Virus record (IMG/VR): IMGVR_UViG_3300023223_001973
Location: 35,694 to 99,693 of that record
Source: a virus
Reading direction: 5' to 3' (one strand)
Length of the DNA stretch: 64,000 bases
Shown here: piece after piece, positions 1-8,787 of the stretch
Layout: every line of letters starts with the position of its first letter
Numbering within the stretch: position 1 is the stretch's first letter
Position numbers and translations under genes: made by a program
The notes under the pieces: model-generated
Told to the model about the DNA's origin: nothing
Databases searched by the model: none
The model's input: only the letters and a program-made list of their open reading frames with translations

Positions 1-1
1 G

Positions 2-2683
2 CCTGAGGACTTCGACAAGGCGAAGCTGCGTATCTTGATCCTGTTTCTCTCCGCAGGCGAGACCCGCGCTGTCTCCTCGACTGACATTGTGCTGACCTCG
101 ATTGTTCAACAGCATCTGGGCGATCAAGCCTTTGTGGACGTGTGCTTCTTGCCCACGCAGCACAATGCTGAGGTCTTGGATAAGCTCAACCTTCCTTGGG
201 TCTTCGGTGGGTTGTCCCATCGCCACATCAACGAATTTGACATGGTGATTGTCTCCAATGCAATCATTGATGAGAAGATCAATATCTTCCCGCTGTTCCT
301 GAAGAGTGACTTCCCTCTATGGTCCACTGAGCGGTTTGATAAGGAACATCCTCTTGTCATGTTGGGTGGGCATGGTGCTTCTGAGGCTGAGCCTCTCTAT
401 GGGGTCTCTGCGGATGGTAAGAACCGTTGCATTCCCGATTGTACCTATACGGGGTTTGCTGAACGCTTCTTCCCAGATATGCTGAAGACTCTTCTGGCCA
501 TGCACACCGAGCAAAGCCTGAGGACCCGGGATAAGAAGGAGCTTGCCTTCGATCTGGTTAAGGATTATGAGAATATCTATATCCCCTGGGCCTATGATCA
601 CATCCTGGCGGAAGATAACTGGACGATTAAGGAGATCGTTCGGAACACCAAGCGGGTGCCTAAGCGTGTGAAGTTCGCTAAGGTCCTGCCTGAGGACTGT
701 GAGAACGTAGCAGGGTTTGAGAACAAGCTCCTGTACAGTCATGGGAACTATGATTCCAATGACATCCAGATCAGCTTTGGGTGCAGTGGTGGCTATGTTT
801 GCAGCTTCTGCCATGAGGGGAACCTACAAGCTTGGCGCGAGAAGTCTGTGGATAAGATCGTGAAGGAGATGCAGGCTGCTCGTAACAAGTCATTGTCCAG
901 TACTATCTCCTTCTATAGTTACAACACGAATTACCACACGCAGTACGAAGACATGATGAAGGCTGCGGCATCTATGTACCCGAAGATCTCAGCCATCGCT
1001 ATGCGTGCTGATGAGATCGCTGCCCGGCCCGACTACTTCAAAATGAACAAGTACCTGGGTCTCTCCCGGATAACTCTAGGCGTGGAAGGTGTCAGCGCCA
1101 GGCTCCGGGATGGCTACATGACCAAGGCTCTCAGTGAGCAGTCGATCTTTGAGGCTGCTAACGCCTGCTTTATGAACCGGTTTATGCAGGTTAAGCTGTT
1201 CTTCATCCTTGCAGGAGTGGAAGAGCAGCAGGACTGGGAGGAAGGCGTGAAGATGATTAAGACTCTGGTTCGTATGCGTGACGAGTCTGGGGCCAATACA
1301 CATCTTCGTGTATCCTTCTCCATTCTGTGCTACTATCCTGACACTTCCATTGCATGGGAGGAACGTAGGGCTGTTAAGCACACCATCGAGAAGGGGCGGA
1401 TCTCGTACTTTATTGAAGAGTGCAAGAAGATGGGTGTAGGAACCCGTTTCTCTTCGCGTGGCATGTCCACTGTCTTCCAGCAGTACAATCTGGATGTTGG
1501 TCGTCCTATGACGGCCATCTACGACCGTCTCTACAATGAGCAGGGGTTCATCTGGTACCGGAACGTACCGGACAGCATAGTTCATAGGCTTCTTGAGCTC
1601 TGTGAGGAATATGGTCTTCCCGACTATAAGAAGATCCTTGATCAGCGTCCCTATGACTGGATCTTCCCTTCTGACACTATCTTCGTCAAGAGTCGTCAGT
1701 TCTTGGTGAAGGCTGCTAAGAAGCTGAAGAACATGGAGCCTGTGATCTACTGTATGCCCACGCAGTCCAAGAATGAAGCACGTGGCTGTGACTCCTGCGG
1801 CCTGTGTAACACCAAGGAGCTGGTGGCTATTACGTCGGGTAGAGTGTCTCATGGGACGAATGTGCCTGTCGATGAGGTTATCCTGACTCTCGCCAAGAAC
1901 AAGCCTTATCATCGGTATCGGTTTGAGTTCAGGGTTCCTAAGGAGGCTGCGTTCCTGGTTAAGAGACCACTGGCTCATTATCACATTGCTAAGCTCCTGC
2001 CTGAGGAGTTCAAGCCAGAAGTGTACAGTGTGGGGTCTGATGGTGACCCGGGACGCTGGACAATCTGCAATGAGACTCCTTACTCCTTCCACGGTAAGTA
2101 CTTCTTCGACCTGTTGACGAAGGTGCCCATGCCAGAGCTTCCCATGGACAGGGATCTGGGACTGCTCAAGCTGAAGGGCATCCATGAGATTCCTCTCAAG
2201 TTTGCTCTCAAGCCCAATGACCTGGTGCTGTCGGTCATGTCAGTAAGGGGAGACTCCAGGCTGTATCAAGGTCTACGGAGTGGCTCTATCAGGTTCCCCT
2301 GGATGAAGAATGACTTCCCGCTGGAGTGGTCTCATGATGCCGGTACAGTTGACTTCAGTCTTGTGAAGGGTGAGATAGATAAGCTGCTTGTGGTGCATCC
2401 TATCCGCTCTAACATGGTGAAGTGGCTGAGCGATCTGACTGGGAAGAATTACATGGGAGCTTATAAGGATAACTTTATAAGCTTGGAGCATGTGACATAT
2501 ATGCGACCTGTTCCTGGATTTGGTTGTCGTCTCTGCACGTCAGATGCGTATATTGATCTGACAACTGGCAAACAGGTCTCCTTGTGCCCAGCTCATACCC
2601 AGTCCCTTGTCCTCAAGGCGCTTTCCAAGGGCAAGAAGGCTCCAGTGGTATCACCTGCGAAGGAGCTTATTCTACAGGCCTAA
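2..2683 (+). CDS. B12-binding-type radical SAM protein (TIGR03960-like) fused to a radical-SAM-linked (TIGR03936/DUF2344-like) C-terminal domain; 5' end lies outside the window
   Basis: Frame is open from base 2 (PEDFDKAKLRILILF...). N-terminal motifs (FDMVIVS..., FPLWSTERFDKEHPLVMLGGHGASEAEPL) resemble TIGR03960. Cys motif GCSGGYVCSFC, ITLGVEGVSARLR, VKLFFILAG, distal CDSCGLC, then HRYRFEF. Confidence 0.75.
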   Translation, partial: PEDFDKAKLRILILFLSAGETRAVSSTDIVLTSIVQQHLGDQAFVDVCFLPTQHNAEVLDKLNLPWVFGGLSHRHINEFDMVIVSNAIIDEKINIFPLFLKSDFPLWSTERFDKEHPLVMLGGHGASEAEPLYGVSADGKNRCIPDCTYTGFAERFFPDMLKTLLAMHTEQSLRTRDKKELAFDLVKDYENIYIPWAYDHILAEDNWTIKEIVRNTKRVPKRVKFAKVLPEDCENVAGFENKLLYSHGNYDSNDIQISFGCSGGYVCSFCHEGNLQAWREKSVDKIVKEMQAARNKSLSSTISFYSYNTNYHTQYEDMMKAAASMYPKISAIAMRADEIAARPDYFKMNKYLGLSRITLGVEGVSARLRDGYMTKALSEQSIFEAANACFMNRFMQVKLFFILAGVEEQQDWEEGVKMIKTLVRMRDESGANTHLRVSFSILCYYPDTSIAWEERRAVKHTIEKGRISYFIEECKKMGVGTRFSSRGMSTVFQQYNLDVGRPMTAIYDRLYNEQGFIWYRNVPDSIVHRLLELCEEYGLPDYKKILDQRPYDWIFPSDTIFVKSRQFLVKAAKKLKNMEPVIYCMPTQSKNEARGCDSCGLCNTKELVAITSGRVSHGTNVPVDEVILTLAKNKPYHRYRFEFRVPKEAAFLVKRPLAHYHIAKLLPEEFKPEVYSVGSDGDPGRWTICNETPYSFHGKYFFDLLTKVPMPELPMDRDLGLLKLKGIHEIPLKFALKPNDLVLSVMSVRGDSRLYQGLRSGSIRFPWMKNDFPLEWSHDAGTVDFSLVKGEIDKLLVVHPIRSNMVKWLSDLTGKNYMGAYKDNFISLEHVTYMRPVPGFGCRLCTSDAYIDLTTGKQVSLCPAHTQSLVLKALSKGKKAPVVSPAKELILQA

Positions 2684-2699
2684 GTTATGAGGCCGCAGA

Positions 2700-3395
2700 G
2701 TGATAGGTCACGTTCAAGATCGTAGTCATTTTACACTGGATGACCGGTGGTCTCTCCATTTGAATAGAATGGGGATCACGAAGACTGGAATCTTCCGGGC
2801 TATTCCTCCTAAGAATAGTGATGGGGACTCCTTCTATGGGCAGCTCCTTCAGGAAGTACCTGAAGGGTATCTCATACCTGCTGTAGCCCACGTCTCCTAC
2901 CTTGGATTCCACTTCTGCCCTCTGGGTCTTCTCTTCAGAAATGTAGCAGATAAGGACTTCAAGATAGCATCCCGGTATAAGACCCGGGTGGCCTTCTATG
3001 TCTCCCAACGGTTTGAAGAGAATCTTAGTCAGTTCTGGTACGGTCGCCCTATCGTCCTGCTTGAGGGCCTGCTTGATGTGGAGGCCTTCGCCTACCTGAC
3101 CGATTATCCCTTCATTATGGGCTATCTGACATCACGAGTTAATGATGCTACAGCTGCCTTTATCTCAACTCTGACTGATAAGGTGCTTCTGGTGCCAGAT
3201 AATGACAGTGCTGGTCGTAGGAGTGTCTCCAAGTCTAAGGTATCCTTGAAGGCTTTTAACGTACAGTCCACGGTTCTGTCAACTCAGGCTAAGGATTTTG
3301 GTAATGTGTTGGAGAATCCAGACCAGGACGTATTAGCAGCAAAGGCAATTCTGTCTTGTTACGGTCAAGGAACCCAACTAGGAGGCACTGGATGA
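2700..3395 (+). CDS. DnaG-type primase catalytic (TOPRIM) core without zinc-binding domain
   Basis: IVLLEGLLD, VLLVPDNDSAG (DxD) and KDFG motifs; no CHC2 finger. Confidence 0.75.
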   Translation: MIGHVQDRSHFTLDDRWSLHLNRMGITKTGIFRAIPPKNSDGDSFYGQLLQEVPEGYLIPAVAHVSYLGFHFCPLGLLFRNVADKDFKIASRYKTRVAFYVSQRFEENLSQFWYGRPIVLLEGLLDVEAFAYLTDYPFIMGYLTSRVNDATAAFISTLTDKVLLVPDNDSAGRRSVSKSKVSLKAFNVQSTVLSTQAKDFGNVLENPDQDVLAAKAILSCYGQGTQLGGTG

Positions 3396-4393
3396 TCTCT
3401 TCCATAGAACGGAATACTATTCTACAAGAGGCTGATCTTGAGCATAATGGACTGAGTCTGCTGGATAGTAATGCTTTGACTGTGGAGGTTCGGCAGGCTC
3501 CCGCCGAAGGTCGGAGACAGCCCCGCCGTGTGATTATGGTGCGTGATGCTGATGGTGAGTTACCGGCCACTACACGATTTAAGAGCAATATGCTGGCCAT
3601 AACAGGAATGACAGGTCGGCTCTTCAAGGAATTGCCTCTGGACCAGCTTAATCGTGATATTACGCATCAGTTACTTACACGGGCTCATAACATTGGTTAT
3701 GTCAAGGCTTCTATTGAGGATGAGATGGCTGCTGTTAGCATCTTCCCGATAGCGGATCGTGGGTATGTTCCTTATGGAACCATGATACCTGAGGGTGATT
3801 TGTCTTCCTTCACGGGGTCACCCCTCTTTGAGGACTCTGTCTCATTTATGACTATGGATAGAACTCTCGATCTAGGTGGGTCGCCCATCTTTATCGGTGT
3901 TCATGCCCGTGCCTCAAGTAATGGTATGGCTAAGACCAAGGTGCATCTTGGGTTTTATAGGACCCAATGCACCAACAGTGCCATCGATATAGGATTTGGT
4001 GGCTTTGATTTAAGGGAGCTTGATGCGTCCCTCTTCAGAAGTGCCCTTGGAGAGATGCAGGGTAGGCTTAATGAGTATACCCAATCTGTGGAGTCCTTCA
4101 TAGAAGGAGCTCAGCGTCTATCTATCTCAGATCAGGTCTTTAGGCAGAATGCCTTGGGCCAGCTGGCCATTCCAACCAAGATGAAGGATCTGGTAGAGTT
4201 ATCTGCTAGTACCCCGGATGTGGTAAGTGAGTTGCTTGAGCGGGCAGGTGTGGAGCATGTTCACAACCTGTGGGAGGCCTTTAATGTTCTTACTCATCTG
4301 AGTTCCTTGGCTCCTACGGTGTCTCAGAGAACGACTTATGCTGCTACATCACTGACCTGGGCTAAGAACCTGATGGGCATAGCTAGGAACTGA
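3392..4393 (+). CDS. DUF932/DUF945-like phage protein
   Basis: LGFYRTQCTNS and NLWEAFNVLT motifs; ATG 3392 follows GGAGG. Confidence 0.6.
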   Translation: MISSIERNTILQEADLEHNGLSLLDSNALTVEVRQAPAEGRRQPRRVIMVRDADGELPATTRFKSNMLAITGMTGRLFKELPLDQLNRDITHQLLTRAHNIGYVKASIEDEMAAVSIFPIADRGYVPYGTMIPEGDLSSFTGSPLFEDSVSFMTMDRTLDLGGSPIFIGVHARASSNGMAKTKVHLGFYRTQCTNSAIDIGFGGFDLRELDASLFRSALGEMQGRLNEYTQSVESFIEGAQRLSISDQVFRQNALGQLAIPTKMKDLVELSASTPDVVSELLERAGVEHVHNLWEAFNVLTHLSSLAPTVSQRTTYAATSLTWAKNLMGIARN

Positions 4394-4436
4394 GCTCTAC
4401 CCTGTCATAACATTTATTCATGGAGTACCTTCCATG

Positions 4437-4444
4437 CGTATTAT
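4437..4444 (+). promoter_or_regulatory. putative promoter element CGTATTAT
   Basis: Same 8-mer recurs in intergenic gaps at 16243, 16280 and 57188. Confidence 0.45.
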
Positions 4445-4491
4445 GGTTTTAGATGAGGATGTGGTGACAGAATTGGAAGGAACCTCCCACT

Positions 4492-5562
4492 GTGCTGACT
4501 ATCGATTACCGACCCAGAAGGTTCTCAGAGATAGTCGGTCAACGTGAACCAATCTCAGTTATGAGAGCTGTGGCTGACCAGCCTGATACAGCTCCCCGTG
4601 TCTATCTTTTCCAAGGAGGGCGTGGTCTAGGGAAGACTACGCTTTCTCGCGTGTTTTCTCGCGTTCTGTTGTGTGCTAACCCTGCTGGTGGTGATGCTTG
4701 TTTAGTCTGTGAGGCCTGCGTAGGATTCACTGATATTGGAACTCACTATCAGGAGTATGATGCAACCCAGGTTGGTAATGTTAAGTTTATGAGGGACCTG
4801 AGTGACCATCTTCGATTTACTGCTGTGGAAGGGTTTCGTGTTGTAGTTCTGGACGAGATTCAGTCAGCTTCCATTCAAGCTATGTCTGCTCTTCTCAAGT
4901 TGCTAGAGGAAGGACCTAAGAATACCTTCTTCCTCTTGTGTACCACCGACCCTGATAAGCTGCTTCAAACCATTCGCTCCCGATCTGTGGAGCTGAGTTT
5001 CTCACCTGTATCTGATACTGAGGTTCGTTCTCTCCTGGTAAGGATCGCTCAGGGTGAGAAGATGGATCTGCCTCAAGCTGTCCTTGATAGCATTGTCTCA
5101 TTCTCCTTTGGGTATGCGCGGGAAGCTGTAATGCGACTCGATGTGTACCTGAAGGTGCAAGACCCGGATAAGTTCTTAGGAATGATGTATATTCCTGAGA
5201 AGGATATTATTCAGATGTTTCTGGCTTTCAAGAGGGGTGATCAGGCAATATTTGAAGAATCTCTGAGCCGTCTTTCTGCTTATCCGATGGCTCATCTACG
5301 GAAGAGCTTTGAGGTATTTACCTTGAATGCAATGAAGGCTCTGGTGGACAATAAGGAGGCAAGTGTTGCCTATGTCCCTATTGTTGAGGCCTATGGAATA
5401 CAGCTCTATCAGGTATTGACTGTTCTGTCTCAAGGATGGGTGGTCAACTGTTTCCAGAGTGATACTATGTTTCAAGCCTTTACTTGGTTCCTATATAGCC
5501 AATTCTCTAAGGAGCAGACTGCCTCTGCTTCTAAGGAAGATGATCGGTTCAAAAAGGGTTAA
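4492..5562 (+). CDS. dnaX: DNA polymerase III gamma/tau-like clamp-loader AAA+ ATPase
   Basis: YRPRRFSEIVGQ, Walker A GGRGLGKTT, Zn motif CANP...CLVCEAC, Walker B VVVLDE, ALLKLLEE, TIRSRS. Confidence 0.85.
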   Translation: MLTIDYRPRRFSEIVGQREPISVMRAVADQPDTAPRVYLFQGGRGLGKTTLSRVFSRVLLCANPAGGDACLVCEACVGFTDIGTHYQEYDATQVGNVKFMRDLSDHLRFTAVEGFRVVVLDEIQSASIQAMSALLKLLEEGPKNTFFLLCTTDPDKLLQTIRSRSVELSFSPVSDTEVRSLLVRIAQGEKMDLPQAVLDSIVSFSFGYAREAVMRLDVYLKVQDPDKFLGMMYIPEKDIIQMFLAFKRGDQAIFEESLSRLSAYPMAHLRKSFEVFTLNAMKALVDNKEASVAYVPIVEAYGIQLYQVLTVLSQGWVVNCFQSDTMFQAFTWFLYSQFSKEQTASASKEDDRFKKG

Positions 5563-6605
5563 TGTTGAAGGACTTTGCAACTTTGCAGGCTCTTCTGAGA
5601 GATGAAGAGTTTGACGCCAATGTGGTGTTAAAGGACATTGAGGATGTCTTATATGTCAATGCGTCCCGCATGCACCGGAGGTTGGACCGGGATCTCATTC
5701 TAGAGCTGCGCTCTGTTTACTTTGAAGATATCTGGACAATGGATAGACCCGTTGAGGAACCTCTCCGGTTTATACATTCCCATGCTAAGAGAGTAATCTA
5801 CGCCTCGACTCCTCGTCATGTCTCTCTAGATAGTCTTCCACCAGTGTTTGTTGCTACTACTCGGACTGAGAACCCCTGTGATATACTTGCCCCTGTCTTA
5901 GGTACGGCTCTACATCAGAAGATCAAGGATACCTATGAGGAGCTGGTCGGGCCAATTACTTATACGCAGGCAGCTGCTATTGCTGCCACCCAGAGTTATC
6001 TAGGTCAGATGATAGCTGGAGCCATGTTTAAGAGGATGGGTCAAGGTGTGACTGGATACGAACCAACCATTATTGCTGATGAGGATGAAGAGGTCTCCTG
6101 TTTGAACCTTTCAACACGGGAGAAGGAGGTTCTGATTGGTGTTATTTGTGCTAAGCTAGGTAAGAAGTGGGCACCCCCTGCCTATGTTTTAATGGGTGAT
6201 ACTTTTGTTCTCGCTCTGTTCTCATTCTTGGGTAGTGCGTTCGCCCCAGAACAGGAGGGCTACTTTCGTAATGTCTTCCTGAGTAGCAGGGTGTACTGTC
6301 ATCTCACCAAGTTATACCGAGAAAGAGGAAAGGAGAGTGCAGAGCGCGCATGTGGCAAGAGATTTGGACTTCGGAGGAGGGACGTCCAGAATAGGTTTGG
6401 TCACATAGTGCGACTGCTAAAACGCTATGACGCTTTCACAGCCACGTACTGTAGGCAGCTCTGGACAGACGCCGTCCATGCTGGAATTGTCAGCCGAGAT
6501 AGGAAGCGTCTGCGAGCAGCTAGTGAGAAGTCTCAGCAAGTTTCGGGATCTGAAGGAGAAGCGCGAAGCCCTGATGGAGAACATTCTGGAGAACCCAGCG
6601 ATTAA
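5562..6605 (+). CDS. hypothetical protein, possibly a degenerate sigma-factor-like regulator
   Basis: 347-aa ORF coupled to dnaX; HVSLD, LSTREKEVL and a C-terminal HTH-like segment (weak). Confidence 0.45.
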   Translation: MLKDFATLQALLRDEEFDANVVLKDIEDVLYVNASRMHRRLDRDLILELRSVYFEDIWTMDRPVEEPLRFIHSHAKRVIYASTPRHVSLDSLPPVFVATTRTENPCDILAPVLGTALHQKIKDTYEELVGPITYTQAAAIAATQSYLGQMIAGAMFKRMGQGVTGYEPTIIADEDEEVSCLNLSTREKEVLIGVICAKLGKKWAPPAYVLMGDTFVLALFSFLGSAFAPEQEGYFRNVFLSSRVYCHLTKLYRERGKESAERACGKRFGLRRRDVQNRFGHIVRLLKRYDAFTATYCRQLWTDAVHAGIVSRDRKRLRAASEKSQQVSGSEGEARSPDGEHSGEPSD

Positions 6606-6879
6606 GGGGGATCCGGATAGGCCGGGATCGGGAGATCCAGCGCTTCAGTTGGAGGTCTGCATGAAACTACACAGGATGGAGATTGACACTGTGGAGTCTC
6701 TCCGGAAGATGATGGCTCAGTCGGACCTGGAGAAGTTCTTGAGGGCTCAGGGCCTGATGGAATTGGTGGGTGTTATGGGTCAGATGGGTCCTGAGGGTAT
6801 TGAAAGGGTTAAGCAGTTTTTGGCAGTATCTGGTAACTCCCCTGAAGTGGAGGGTGTAGGTGAGCGACCTCAGCTTTGA
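6478..6879 (+). CDS. probable terminase small subunit
   Basis: Helical/coiled-coil ORF directly upstream of and overlapping terL; start uncertain (6427 or 6478). Confidence 0.5.
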   Translation: MLELSAEIGSVCEQLVRSLSKFRDLKEKREALMENILENPAIKGDPDRPGSGDPALQLEVCMKLHRMEIDTVESLRKMMAQSDLEKFLRAQGLMELVGVMGQMGPEGIERVKQFLAVSGNSPEVEGVGERPQL

Positions 6880-8779
6880 ACACTTAGGGCCGGATGAGCA
6901 GGATCTTGTACGCGAGCTCATGCGGCTTCAAGATATAACTACCACTCGCTCGGCTGAGGTGGAGATAATACCTGTAGCCGAGTGGTTGAATAGTGACTAT
7001 CATGTAGGTGCTATTAAGGATCACATCTATCCCTTCTGGAAGGAAGAGATAAATGATATATTTGGTGATGGTATTGAGCTTAATTACAATGAGATAATTA
7101 TCACTGGGTCCTTGTCTACAGGTAAGAGTTGGGCGGCCCTAGTGGTGTGGCTACGTCTTCTTTATATCTTCTCTCACTTTGATAATCTGCCTCGTCTGCT
7201 AGGGTTGTATCCTGGCTCACGTGTCTTCATGGCTTATCTCTCTGTCTCCATCTCGGAGGCTGAGTTTACTGGGTTTGGTGACTTCCGGAATATGTTAGAT
7301 GCTACTCCTTACTTCAGGGATCAGTATAAGCGGAATATGAACAAGAGCTCAGTGTTGGAGTTGCCTAACGGTCTGAATATACTCTCAGGATCTGATGTGC
7401 TTCACTTTATTGGTCAGAACCTGTTCTCTGTGATCTTTGACGAAGCCAACTATGTTCGTAGAGGTGGTGGTAATCCTGGTGATGTTGATAAGGCCTTGAC
7501 CATCTACAAGGCTGCCCGTCTGAGAATTAGAACTCGTATGGCTAACTCTAAATCTATGCTTGCAGGTTTGAACATTCTAATCTCGTCTGTGACACATCAG
7601 TCTTCCGCGACAGAACAGATTATTGCGGACTCAAAGACTACATCTGAGACTAAGGTAATTGCTACCAAGGTGTATGAAGCTCGTCCGGCAGGGACCTATA
7701 AGCCTGAGAAGTTTATGTTCTTCGTGGGTAATGATCTTTACAGTCCGCGAGTGTTAGAGTCTCGGGATGACATGTTGACTCTGCTTCCTGAGACTGAGAG
7801 AGTGAAGATCCCACCTGGTGAGTTTACCTCTCCACAGGATGTGATGGGCTTTCTTCCTGAGGATATGAGGGATCTTATAGAGCTGGTTCCTGTTGACTTT
7901 CTAGTTGACTGCCGACGTTACCCTGAACAGGCTCTGATGGACATAATCGGCCACTCTGTGGCCGCTAAGCATAATTTCTTTAGGGATAGGGCCTCTTGGA
8001 ATGCCTGTGTAGAGCTGGGTAAGAAGCTGAATATGAGGCACCCGTTCTCACAGGAGTCAGTGACTGTCAGTGTGAAGGGTGATACCCTGCTCTCTGATTA
8101 CCTTGACCTGCCCTATCTCAAGCAGCTTATTGGAGAACAGCCACTCTTCATGGCCCTTGACCAATCTATCTCTGGTGACGCTACGGGTATGGCTGGTGCC
8201 TTTCCTCTCTTTATGCCTGATCTTGAGGAGTATATCATTGTCTTGGCCTTTGCTCTCCGGATTGTTCCTCCGGGCGGTGATGATGAGATCATGATTGAGA
8301 AGTGTAGGAAGCTGATACCTTATCTGAAGGGTAATGGCATCCGAGTACGCTTGGCCACCTATGACCAGTACCAGTCTCGGTCAAGTATCCAGCTGCTGAT
8401 GGTGCAGGGGATTAATGCTGAGTTATTCTCCGTTGATGCTAATGATGAGTGTTGGATGGAGGCTGCTAACCGAATATATCAGCGTCGTCTTGCCATGTAT
8501 GAGTACGCTCCTTTCCGTACGGAGTGGTTTAAGTTGATACATGATCGAGTGAGGCGTAAGATTGATCATCCCAAGGATGGGTCAAAGGACGTAGCGGATG
8601 CAGCAACGTCAGCCATTTTCCATGCCTGGATGTCTGTCGCTGAGAGAGAGGCCAGGAAGGGCAGCAATGACAGGATGAATGCAGTGCTCAGTGTTCTAAC
8701 CAAAATGGCTAAGCCTGATGAGTCTATGAAGTCCATAACCCAGTCCTTCTTTGGGGATGTTAAACAAATCAGTATTTAG
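6860..8779 (+). CDS. terL: terminase large subunit
   Basis: Walker A GSLSTGKS, Walker B VIFDEAN, nuclease motifs ALDQSISGD, TYDQYQS and KIDHPKDGSKDVADA. Confidence 0.92.
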   Translation: MSDLSFEHLGPDEQDLVRELMRLQDITTTRSAEVEIIPVAEWLNSDYHVGAIKDHIYPFWKEEINDIFGDGIELNYNEIIITGSLSTGKSWAALVVWLRLLYIFSHFDNLPRLLGLYPGSRVFMAYLSVSISEAEFTGFGDFRNMLDATPYFRDQYKRNMNKSSVLELPNGLNILSGSDVLHFIGQNLFSVIFDEANYVRRGGGNPGDVDKALTIYKAARLRIRTRMANSKSMLAGLNILISSVTHQSSATEQIIADSKTTSETKVIATKVYEARPAGTYKPEKFMFFVGNDLYSPRVLESRDDMLTLLPETERVKIPPGEFTSPQDVMGFLPEDMRDLIELVPVDFLVDCRRYPEQALMDIIGHSVAAKHNFFRDRASWNACVELGKKLNMRHPFSQESVTVSVKGDTLLSDYLDLPYLKQLIGEQPLFMALDQSISGDATGMAGAFPLFMPDLEEYIIVLAFALRIVPPGGDDEIMIEKCRKLIPYLKGNGIRVRLATYDQYQSRSSIQLLMVQGINAELFSVDANDECWMEAANRIYQRRLAMYEYAPFRTEWFKLIHDRVRRKIDHPKDGSKDVADAATSAIFHAWMSVAEREARKGSNDRMNAVLSVLTKMAKPDESMKSITQSFFGDVKQISI

Positions 8780-8787
8780 GAGTTCTC

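Noticed and set aside
1076-2185. 369-aa minus-strand ORF
   Set aside because: Fully antisense to the radical SAM gene and has no motifs; a shadow of codon bias.
6860-8779. Inteins or introns in terminase (also checked portal and helicases)
   Set aside because: Lengths are ordinary and no intein splice motifs or homing-endonuclease signatures are visible.
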